A stretch of DNA of 64,000 nucleotides from Lingula anatina (taxonomy: Eukaryota > Animalia > Brachiopoda): positions 18,514,651-18,578,650 of the forward strand of contig CM120647.1 of NCBI GenBank assembly GCA_051362555.1, read 5' to 3'. The stretch's first letter is position 1, and each line of letters opens with the position of its first letter. The position numbers and the translations under genes are program-made. This document shows positions 1 to 11,110 of the stretch, piece by piece. Under the pieces are notes generated by a model. The model had not been told where the DNA came from. It searched no databases and saw nothing but the letters and a program-made list of their open reading frames with translations.

Positions 1-429
1 GTTATGCTGTACTACTTTAAGGTAGTCAAAAACCAAATATAAAGAGCTCTCTCTGTCTCTCGCTATCTCTCTCTCAAAAAAAAAAAAAAAAAAAAAAAAT
101 TGATGGATGCATCGCTAATGAATAAATATTGCTTTCTTTTTATTTAGATACGGGTACCATGAGTATGAAGCAGAGTATAACAACAAGTATATTATGTTGT
201 GGATCAGCTCCCTATAACTGTATAAGCACATACACTGTACCAGTACTAGAATGACTAATGAATGACGTAGAAACAGCTGCGAAAATGACACACAGATTTG
301 AACGGGAGCAGGCAATTTAGATTCCCGCTCACGTGACCCACGTGGTACAAGAGGCGGGAAATAGGTGACCACTTATCAACCGGTTACAGGTACATCTTAT
401 CGTTTGGACAGCAAAGCGTATTCGGGAGC

Positions 430-2491
430 ATGGAAAAGACTGCTTGTCATCTTCACAATGGCGCAGCAGGACTCTTTCTGTCAGTGCTGTCGGCTATTAC
501 ACTGTCAGTGTCGGCACTTCTCGTCGGCAGTTTTCAAGAAATCTCTGTCCTCGTGTTTTTGGCCTTCCAGCACGTCGTCATTTTCGTTTTCGCTGTCCCC
601 GCCTGGCTTTGAATTGCTAGGCAACAAGATTTTGAGCGCGAATATCCCGAGCGAACAGACCAATTGAATGTAAACAACGGCACGAGGAATGATACAGTGG
701 TCAACAGTAATGCTTCAAAGTTGTTCTACTTCGAAGAAAATCATCAGGAGACTAGGAATTCCCAGAGTAATGACTCCGAGGGGAGTAACTCCGATATTTT
801 GACTTTCATGTGTGAGGGAGAAAAAGCCGATATGAAGAATTCTCAGGAAGTGAAATCCAAGAAAAAACAGCAGGATGATAAGCAGAATCATCATGGAGAT
901 ATAATAAAAGGAGAAAGAAGATTACAGAGAGAAATATCTCAAGTTGGTGTTACGAATGGCATATCCGAGAGAAAATATGAAACGACCATAGCCCATTTTG
1001 AGAATGAAAAGTCTATGAAAGAGGTTACAAAAAAGCTGAATGAATCTAAGGTGGAAAACAATGATAGAAAAAAATTGAACTCAGACACTGAATCTCAGAA
1101 ACAGAATTCCTTGAATGATAAGGAAATTATTCCCAAGACGGGCTTGAAATCAATAAAAGACTGCGTCTTCGTTGTTATTCGGGGCAGCATGGCGTATTTA
1201 ACGGCGTGGTGTGCGTTCAATGCTTTTAGATACCTTCCAATAGGAGATGCCTCTGTTCTGGAGTACACCAACCCTATATATTCGGTCATTCTGGCCCGTG
1301 TTATACTGAAGGAACCGTGTGGCGTTGTGGAGGTTTTCCTTACATTGGTCATGTTAACAGGTGAGTCTGAGAGAGAGAGAGAGATCGAATTCAATTTTTT
1401 TTTACCCAATAATTCTCCTTAACCAAATTGGCCCTATAAGTGTCAAAGTTTCGAACTGGGTCATTCCTCATAAACATGTAACCCACACATTTTGTGTAAC
1501 ATCAACATGATTTTTACTTGCTCCATTTGTATATGGTTACTTTTGTTGTTTTATATTTCAATGCTCTCCTTAAAAACGTGATAAAAACAGTTATGCAGTT
1601 ATGTTTCATACTTGTTGCTAAGTCCATATTTCGTTTAAAGTCAATTCGATTAAAAGAGCGTCTCTAATTTTGAAAAAATGTTTCCAATAAATGGGACAGT
1701 GACGAATTTTGTCAAAATTTTATTATTATTATTATCTTTTTCTTCAGTATATATTTTTCACATTAAAAATTTTGAATTGATATTTTATATTTTTTTCTCC
1801 TGTAGGTATAGTCCTAATATCCAGACCCAGCTTTCTTTGGGGAGACTCAGCCGCACTTAACCCGATAGGTGTCACTCTGGCCATAGCGACAGCCGTGACG
1901 TCATCAATTAACATGCTTTTTGGTAGAAAACTGAAGCATGTGCATAGTCTAATTGTCATAGCATCAATAGGTCTCTTTAGTGGCATTATTTCATGGATAG
2001 TTGTATTATCCAAAGAGGGCGTTTCATTTCCGGTCACGTGGTTGGATTGGTGTGCTGTCGTGTTGAATGGCGTCATGGCATTTACCGCCCGGATAAGCTC
2101 CCAGATGGCGCTGCAGATTGAGAACGTCGCCATCGTGAGTATAGTGCGTACTTCTGAACCAATCTTCGTGTTCACATGGCAAGTGACCATTCTTCATGTC
2201 ATCCCAAAATGGACGTCAGTTGTGGGATCTCTTCTGATTTTGGCGTGTGTCATCGCTCTTAGTATAAGGAAATGTTCGGGTGACCAGGGAAATACTAATT
2301 TTGACGGCAACCAGGATGCTCTGTCGGGCAGTGGAGTTTCTACGCCCTCTGAGAAACATAAAGTTGTATTGAACAGTAAAAGGATTAAGCTTAACTTTCA
2401 GCCTTTGAACTATTTCAAAGATTTCATTTTGTCTTATCCGCAACCAAATGTGAACACAGCACAAAAAAAAAAAAAGAATCAGAGAAGATAA
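430..2491 (+). pseudogene. SLC35G-like (EamA/DMT) transporter, copy 1, with in-frame nonsense codon (probable recent pseudogene or null allele)
   Basis: Exons 430-1360 (ACAG|gtgagt) and 1806-2491 (tgtag|GT). Motifs AFRYLPIGDASVLEYTNPIYSVILARVILKE, GIVLISRPSFLW and ALQIENVAIVSIVRTSEPIFVF resemble SLC35G1/TMEM20-type EamA repeats. TGA at 610-612 aligns with TGC (Cys) in copy 2; the frame continues in phase after it. Confidence 0.8.
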
Positions 2492-5353
2492 TTCGACACT
2501 GATTAACACAAAATTCTATTATGATAAACAGTGACATTAAATATTAAAAAATAAATAAAATCTTATATTCAGAAGTCTGTTATATATCTTCTCAAAAGGT
2601 GGAATATGTTGTATCGTTACATGTAGCGGGTCAAGAGGTTGGGGGGAGGGGGGGCAAGTGCCCCCAACCGCTTCGAGTTTTGAAAAGAATATGCCTAGGT
2701 GATTGTGAGAAAATCTTTGAAATTTAAATAATTTGAATTGTATTTTATTCATTTTTTTGTACGCCCTTATCGAAAATAACATGCACTAAAGCGACATAAG
2801 CCATTCTTGCTTGTAGATATGATCCTTTGGAGACGTCATAGTCCAAGTTGGCATCAGCGCATCAGCGGATGAACTGCAATCATGTTTGTTTAAAAACTAA
2901 TCCAAAGCTGCGTTCACAAAATGCAATTTTGACTGAATGTACTATCAAACGCCCAGACTGAATGAAAGCTTTATAGAAAGAAAGCGTGCACAATTTACAC
3001 CCTAATTGTACCACCAGCGTTAGCGCTGGCGGTACACATGGTTTTAGTCCCGTCCGGTCCGGTCCGCCGGCTCCTGCGGCTCCGCCGGCTCCGCCGCCAT
3101 GTTACCGTTACCGCTTCTCCTCCTAGACGGTAAGGGCCCCCATACCCATCTCTTGGATTTAGGTCACCTATAATCTCAACTCGTTCCACGTAAAATTTGG
3201 GCTTTGTCCGTATTGGGGTCTAGGTGTGGCACTCATTGCAATGCACCCTTGTCCAAAAATGGCAAAATTAAATGCTAATTATCTACCCTATGGAAGGGGT
3301 TATGGGAAAAATTTCTACAGATGGCTTTCCAAAAGTCATATGTGTAGATTTCAAATATGCCCTTGGATTTGACCTTTGACCTTTACTTCAAGGTCAAACG
3401 GGCCAAAACTATCAAAAAAATAAAATTTTTTACAAAAAAAATTTTTTTGCCCTGTTATTCAGACACCACACAGACTTAACCAATAATATTATTGGAAAAT
3501 GTTACCCTTCAGGTCATCTTTCATCTTTGTGAATTTGGGGTCAATCGGTGCATTTTCACGGGTGTAGCGGCCATAAGATACCGAAACTGAAAAGTGTCTC
3601 TAATTCGGGAACCGTTAATGCTAGAGACCCATTCTTTTTTGCATTTTGTAGAGCATGTAAAGCCCAACACTGAGGGTGGTCTCCGTTTTTTTGAATTCCA
3701 TACGGTTTTCGAGTTACGCTGTATCAAAAAGTACATATTGGTGGTGAAAGCAAAATGTGCAGTACGGTAATGGATAATAAATTTTGAACCTTGGAAAAAT
3801 AAAACATAAGGCTTGGCAAAGCAGACAACTTGTGGTCAAAAATGACATTATTTCATCAAATTTGAACTTCTGGAACTTCAGAGCACCTCCCATTTCAAGA
3901 ATTTTGACCAAAATGGCATTTTCTTTATTTTAATTAATTTTTTCTGTAGGAAATTTATGGCACATTAAGGTAACTCCGAAATTATAACATTTAGTCCCTT
4001 ATATCTCAAAAACTGGCAGAGATAGGTCCATAGTTACTATTGAAGTTGAATAGAGAGTCATATACTGGAAATCTTACTGTGACCTTGAAATTGACCTTTG
4101 ACCTACTTTTCACCATAAATTGAACTTTGCAAATTTTGGTTCCCTTTTATCTCCAAAACTGGCAGAGATAGGTCCATAGTTACTATTGAAGTTGAATAGG
4201 AAGTCATATACTGGCAATCTAAATGTGACCTTGAAATTGACCTTTGACCTACTTTTCACCATGAACTGAACTTTGCAAATTTTGCCTCCCTTTTATCTCC
4301 AAAACTGGCAGAGATAGGTCCATACTTTCTATTGAACTTGAATATGAAGTCATATACTGGCAATCTAAATGTGACCTTGAAATTGACCTTTGACCTACTT
4401 TTCACCATGAACTGAACTTTGGAAATTTTGCTTCTCTTTTATCTCGAAAACTAGCAGAGATAGGTCCATAGTTACTATTGAAGTGGAATAGGAAGTCATA
4501 TACTGGCAATCTAAATGTGACCTTAAAATTGACCTTTGACCTACTTTTCACCATGAACTGAGCTTTGGAAATTTTGATTCCCTTTTATCTCCAAAACTGG
4601 CAGAGATAGGTCCATAGTTATTATTGAACTTGAATAGGAAGTCATATACTGGCAATCTTACTGTGACCTTGAAATTGACCTTTGACCTACTTTTCATCAT
4701 GAACTGAACTTTGCAAATTTTGCTTCCCTTTTATCTCCAAAGTTACGCTGTATCAAAAAGTACATTTTGGTGGTTAAAGCAAAATGTGCAGTACGGTAAT
4801 GGATAATAAATTTTGAACTCCGGAAAAATTAAACATAAGGCTTGGCAAAGCAGGCAACTTGTGGTCGAAAATGACATTATTTCATCAAATTTGAACATCT
4901 GGAACTTCAGAGCACCTCCCATTTCAATAATTTTTACCAAAATGACCTTTTCTTTATTTTAATTAATTTTTTCCGTAGGAAATTTATGGCACATTATGGT
5001 AACTCCAAAATTATAACATTTAGTCCCTTATATCTCCAAAACTGGCAGAGATAAGTTCATAGTTACTATTGAAGTTGAATAGGAAGTCATGTACTAGCAA
5101 TCATACTGTGACCTTGAAATTGACCTTTGACCTACTTTTCACCATGAACTGAACTTTGCAAATTTTGCCTCCCTTTTATCTCCAAAACTGGCAGAGATAG
5201 GTCCATAGTTTCTATTGTACTTGAATATGAAGTCATATACTGGCAATCTAAATATGACCTTGAAATTGACCTTTGACCTACTTTTACCCATGAACTGAAC
5301 TTTGGAAATTTTGCTTCCCTTTTATCTCCAAAACTAGCAGAGATAGGTCCATA

Positions 5354-6740
5354 CACACACTGGACAAAAGAAGTGTCACCCCTACTGAGCCAATACTATG
5401 GGGGAGATAAATGACTGTGGAATGATATGCTCCTGGTATCATTTTATTAACATCAAATTTCACAAAAAATCACAAAATGAGAACAAAATATACATTCTAC
5501 AAAAATATGCAATTTCAAGTCCAAAATTAGTACTTAGTGGCATAGCCACGTGACCTAATAATAGGTGCCAGTCTACGAAGCAAGGATTCGTATAATTGTC
5601 TGATGCGTTCAGGGCTTATGCTGGCCCAAGCATGAAACACTGAATATAACAGAGTTTCTCTGCTTGTTAGACGGGCATTTGTCCAAAGTTTTGACATATC
5701 ATTCCACACATTCTCTATTATGTTTGCATCCGGACTCTGGGCAAGCCACATCACCCTGCGAATGTCCTGTTGGTCAAACCAATCATCAACTGCTCTGGTC
5801 CTGTGACAAGGAACATTGTCATCCTGGTGAAAAAATGGATAATTCCTGTCACCGAACATGTTAGTAATAGATGGTACCAGGCCTGACTCCAAAACATCGA
5901 TATATTTCTAGTGATTCATGTTTTCATCAACCACTATCAATTCGCCCACGCCATGGATGCTGATGCAGCCCCACACCATGATGAATATGCTGCTCCGGGT
6001 TCGAAATTTAAGTACATGTGGTTTAAATGCTTTACCAGCAGTTCGCCAGCATTGTACCCGTCTGTCATCAGAGGTCAGACCAAAGCGACACTCATCAGAA
6101 AAAAATATATAGGACCAATTGTCATGGACTGTCCAGTTCCAGATCCTGTTGGCCCTAGTTCACTCCACGTTGCCTGTTTTGTAACGATATAAGAAGTTTC
6201 AGTCTTGCTACCCTGCTGTACACTCTATGAGCATGTAACCGACGCCTAGCAATTTTCACAGACACATTCTTATGTGTGAAATTGTTCCACTGTGTTGTCA
6301 ACTGACAAGCAGTGTCGAACTTTGACAACCTGGACATCAAAATCAGTCATCGGTCTTCACGGCCAGTAGTTTTTCTTGGACGACCCATCAGAGACAATTT
6401 GTCTCTTGATCCAGTGTTTCTATACCGAGACCAGACCCTCTGCACGGTTCTGACTAAACAATTCAATTGTATCGATATACTGATATTGCTTATATTCCGC
6501 CTCCTCAGGTTAATAACTTGCACCTATAACCGTTAGATAATTACCTGTATTTTGCCATATTGGAGGAAGACAGGAATAACATTTGCTGTACATGTCCAAG
6601 ACCAACAATACAATTCCATGGTATAGCAGTTTTATACTCATTAGTCACATTATAAGTAGACCAGGCATTATAAGTACCCAAGATCTGCCTACTTTTTTTG
6701 GTCTGAGTTAGGGGGTGACACTTCTTTTGTCCAGTGTGTG
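5354..6740 (-). mobile_element. Tc1/mariner (DD34E) element, full length, nested in a 120-bp repeat unit
   Basis: Perfect 29-bp TIRs CACACACTGGACAAAAGAAGTGTCACCCC / GGGGTGACACTTCTTTTGTCCAGTGTGTG; TA target duplication (5352-5353, 6741-6742); host repeat resumes exactly (GGTCCA-TA-GTTACT). Confidence 0.95.
5527..6558 (-). pseudogene. Decayed Tc1 transposase
   Basis: Fragments GRPRKTTGREDR, FSDECRF, MVWGCISIHGVGEL and QDDNVPCH...WLAQSPDANIIE (34 residues between D and E), ending GYATKY; stops and frameshifts between them. Confidence 0.92.
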
Positions 6741-8868
6741 TAGTTACTATTGAAGATGAATATGAAGTCATATACTGGCAATCTAAATGTGACCTTAAAA
6801 TTGACCTTTGACCTACTTTTCACCATGAACTGAACTTTGCAAATTTTGCTTCCATTTTATCTCCAAAGTTACGCTGTATCAAAAAGTACATTTTGGTGGT
6901 TAAAGCAAAATGTGCAGTACGGTAATGGATAATAAATTTTGAACTCCGGAAAAATAAAACATAAGGCTTGGCAAAGCAGGCAACTTGTGGTCAAAAATGA
7001 CATTATTTCATCAAATTTGAACATCTGGAACTTCAGAGCACCTCCCATTTCAAGAATTTTTACCAAAAGGACCTTTTCTTTATTTTAATTAATTTTCTCT
7101 GTAGGAAATTAATGGCACATTATGGTAACTCCAAAATTATAACATTTAGTCCCTTATATCTCCAAAACTGGCAGAGATAGGTCCTTAGTTACTAAACTTG
7201 AATGGAAAGTCATATACTGGCAATCTAAATGTGACTTTGAAATTGACCTTTGACCTACTTTTCACCATGAGTTGAACTTTGCAAATTTTGGTTCCCTTTT
7301 ATCTCCAAAACTGGCAGAGATAGGTCCATAGTTACTTTTGAACTTGAATAGGAAGTCATATACTGGCAATCTAAATGTGACCTTGAAATTGACCTTTGAC
7401 CTACTTTTTATCATGAATTGAACTTTGCAAATTTTGGTTCCCTTTTATTTCCATAACTAGCGAGATAGGTCCATAGTTACTATTGAACTTGAATAGGAAG
7501 TCATATACTGGCAATCTAAATGTGACCTTGAAATTGACCTTTGACCTACTTATAATCATGAACTGAACTCTGCTAATTTCTTTCTCTTTTAACTCCAAAC
7601 CTGGCAGAGATAGGTCCATAGTTACTATTGAAGTTGAATAGGAAGTCATATACTGGCAATTTACTGTGACCTTGAAATTGACCTTTGACCTACCTTACGA
7701 TGAACTTAACTTTGATTGTACCATTTTAAGTTATATATATTTTTTGTGTATTTTGAAAATTCTTGTTGATTGCATTTTTATAGCTTGTCAAGCATAAGAC
7801 TGGTGACTGTGTCCCTTATTTTGTGTATGTGGGGGTCTATACGAATGCGCTTGCTCCAGCTGGTGGTACAATATTTGGAGGCGGTATCGCCTCTCTGATC
7901 CTCTAGTTATACGAATGTGTACCAGTCTCAACGGTTTGATGACCGTCTTTTGCAACGGCATTGTCAGTGTACATGAGTTTTTGGTCTACCCTGTTGCAAA
8001 TACATGTGCAGGTTATAGTAAAGAAATAAATAAGTGGCTCCATAGCGAACAAGGTATAAACAACGCAATTACATATCGCGTATATTTACATTTACATTTC
8101 ATATGCCCTTCAATATTTGTGGACCCTGCATCCGCTATTGAACAGCTTAATAGGCAGAATGGTGTGATGCACTGGGTGAACTTTACTCACCTTATTTCTC
8201 GACCGTCATTAATCTTATCTGTCCCCATGGTTTCTTCATATCACTGTTACTCAGAACTTTACTCACGTCATTTATGGCAATAAAAATATTCTCACCTGAA
8301 GTCTCCACTTAAGCCTTTAGATGGGTAATTACTATACAATGCTCGCTGAATAAATGTGCATTTCCAAACCTTGCATAAAAAGTTGTTATGCTTGTCAACG
8401 CAACCATTATAATAGATCAACCTCGTCAATATAATGTACCAGCAACATATCGTTTATGGATATTAGATTTCCTTACAGAGAGAAGTCAATATGTTAAAAC
8501 TGCACACGAATTTTCTGCCAATATTATCATAAATTCTAGCGCCCCCCCCCCAAGATGATGCATTATCTGCAGTTCTCTCCATTTTATATTTAAATTGTAT
8601 GACAAGTTGCAATGAAATTGTAGAAAATAGTAAATGTGCTGATGATACTGTTCTCTTAGACATAATTGAAAATGGGTCAACATATACAGGTAGAAATAAT
8701 GTTCAGTGTGTTAGCAAACGGTGTGATGAACATTATTTGCAATTAAATGTTGGAAAATTGAGAAAATAATTTCTGAGTTTAGAAGAAATTCGCAGGTAAC
8801 TATTATCGGTGATAATGTTACACTAAATAAGTACTCAGTTAATGAGTATAAATATTTATACTCAATAA

Positions 8869-9927
8869 CCCTCAAGTGACCGTGTGGGGTCATTTATGAC
8901 CCCAGCCATATGATTTAATGTGCCATCTCTTTATTTTTTATCCGAATTTTCTTTCCTAGTATGAGTTTGTCAATCTACTAATCCTACACACTTCCACAGT
9001 TTTTTTGCAGGGATCAACCAATTAGTGTGGCGTATACATGACCAAGAAGTCTCATTATAACTTCTTGACATGACAAACTCTTGTGGGGTCATTTATGACC
9101 CCTAAGAGAAGCGTTGGTTTTAAACATTGGTTTTTAAGTGTTATTCAAATGTTCCACTTCTTATCTGTACTTTGTATTGTATTGCAATGCACCATGTGCT
9201 TCATGCAACCAGCCAGTGTTCCCAGAACATAGCCACAAACAAGTGGTTTGGGAAGATTATGCTTTAAATGATACTAATAGTACATCGCTGTATCTAATTT
9301 CAATAGCTTTGTTGGAACTTGTTTTCATAACTGGGTCTCTCATTTTGACTGTTACAATTTTCAAGTATTTCAGTAAAGAATTTTGTCGATATCATATAAC
9401 ACATATACAAACAAGATGTATGTTTGGTTTTTGTTTTATACACAGGTGTGGCAGTAACATAATTAGATTGAATGTGTTCTGAGTAGGATGACTTCCTTAC
9501 CAGGATTAGCGTATTCCCTAGTCAGAAAGTCAGCTTATTAATTTTATTGATGTTAGCAGGATGCTAGTTCAACATAAGTCAATTTTTTTCCTTAAATTGA
9601 TTTTCTATGATGTGCATTTTCATTTAGTGTGGCAAAAAAAGAAAAATATTTTTGCAAGTGGGAACTAACAAGGGCTGTCTAAATAAATAATGTTGTAATG
9701 TCGTTCTTAAAATCTGTGCTTGGTTATTTCTTGCAATAAAAGTATATTTTACCAAATACTTATGACATTATATCATTATAAAATACCTGTTTTAAATGCT
9801 GGGAGTTGTATAGATGTGATAAACCCCCATCCAGCCTTTTAAAATAAGGATCCCTGTACAGAGAACAATGGGGTCATAGATGACCCCACTTGGTCATTTC
9901 AGTCAGTAAAATAGCTCGGTCTCTCGG
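8869..9927 (+). mobile_element. piggyBac-like internally deleted element
   Basis: Ends ATAA|CCC... and ...GG|TTAA (degenerate); palindromes GGGGTCA-N4-TGACCCC at 8886, 9085 and 9870 within a ~28-bp subterminal inverted repeat; remnant CASCNQPVFPEHS...VVWED (about 9195-9260) resembles the piggyBac C-terminal Cys-rich domain. Confidence 0.6.
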
Positions 9928-11110
9928 TTAACTATTTAGTATTTATTATTTAGTGTTTATTATTTAAGTATTTATTTAGTGTAACATCATGTTAAAACAT
10001 ATACATGTATTGTAAAATATGCCTTGAAGTGAGAAAAGACTGTTACAAAGCAAGCAGATAAAGCAGATGCATAATATGTTCCGAATCAAGTTAATTTTTC
10101 TTTTGTTATAGAGAAAATTATAGTGTTTTAATGAATAATAATATAAAGATTGTATTTTTAAGCCAGAACAACTGACACTCTTTGTTTTGGGGTCTACAAA
10201 TTCACAGATATTATTGGTAAACAGAGCAAAGTTAAATTATTGTGTGAAAGAAGGTTCAATGCATGTCAATGTATTTGTGTAGTGTGCAGTTTATCTTACA
10301 TAAGTTGTGGGCTTGACTGTTAAGAAAACCTGTCACATCTGGTGAAGCTTTGTGCTACATTCTCATGACGTGACTGTATGCCTTTTCTCTATTATGTGCA
10401 CGTTCTGAAATTACGTTGGAAAATTCATTATTAACTTTTGACGATGATATTCAAATAATCATATTTCAAATTCAATCGAGTCTGTTTTGTTTTTCCGGAC
10501 GGCTTGGCGTCACGTATTGCAGTCAAGCAGGGTCAGTCCGCAAAAACATTTCAGATCCTGTTAAATTTCCTTCATCTGGTAGACTTGGATGACAAGTATG
10601 AACAATACTAATGATATCCAATTCTGTATTAATGTGAGATCTACGTCAAAAACAAGTCTCACGAAGACGATTGTAAGCAAAATATTTATTCCCTTTGGCG
10701 TGACTGATCTATAGGGTTACAAGTCCTAAAACGACTCTGAAACTTCATACTGTCAAGCCTGCAATTAGCGCTTTTGCACTCAAATAACTTGGGATAGGAT
10801 GCAAAGATTCGAACGACAAATGGAAGTGCATCACCTCCATAATTAACACATTCTCTCTAATTATATTATCTCAGTGTAAATATTATTGGTTTGTAATTTT
10901 ATAAGTTACCCAAATATACATGAATATGTACCATTATATGTAGTCGTCTAAGGCTGTAGGGTGATTACACCATGTATGTTATGGTATAAATCAATGAAGG
11001 TCTTCATCTATTGGTCAGCGAAATGTGAATGAACTCTGCCAAGACAGGGCGTGAGCGATATAAAACATCAGCGGGCACTGGTGTGTGACACTTCTATATG
11101 CAATTGCTGC

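Larger units (their letters stand above)
3990..7715. repeat. 120-bp tandem repeat arrays with a ~300-bp spacer block (3712, 4741, 6868), forming a higher-order repeat inside the HINE
   Basis: Unit ...GGCAGAGATAGGTCCATAGTTACTATTGAAGTTGAATAGGAAGTCATATACTGGCAATCTAAATGTGACCTTGAAATTGACCTTTGACCTACTTTTCACC... recurs with period 120; block starting AGTTACGCTGTATCAAAAAGTAC occurs three times. Confidence 0.95.
3006..7906 (+). mobile_element. Non-autonomous Helentron-type element (HINE/DINE-1-like), family 1, with internal 120-bp tandem arrays
   Basis: 5' subTIR TTGTACCACCAGC (3006-3018) with adjacent inverted copy GCTGGCGGTACA (3025-3036); GTCCG/CGG microsatellite at about 3047-3100; perfect 3' subTIR GCTGGTGGTACAA (7859-7871); 3' hairpin GAGGCG-GTAT-CGCCTC (7878-7893); ends CTAG|TT. 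Absent from the paralogous site at about 24200 (ccctga-ttatacga). Confidence 0.88.
1..8158 (+). repeat. Segmental duplication, copy A (1-3005 plus 7907-8158), paralogous to 21248-24460
   Basis: Colinear high identity across upstream region, exons, intron and 3' flank; interrupted in this copy by the 3006-7906 insertion. Confidence 0.95.

Noticed and set aside
610-612. Selenocysteine recoding of the SLC35G copy-1 TGA, which aligns with Cys
   Set aside because: No SECIS-like element was seen downstream and the 3' region is nearly the same as in the Cys copy; a nonsense change is simpler.
3714-7066. Three near-identical 65-aa minus-strand ORFs (MVKILEMGG...)
   Set aside because: By-products of the triplicated block in the HINE; non-ATG starts and no recognisable domain.
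3990-7715. CRISPR-like regular repeats (also the 45-bp and 161-bp arrays)
   Set aside because: Units are contiguous with no unique spacers, there are no cas genes, and the context is eukaryotic.
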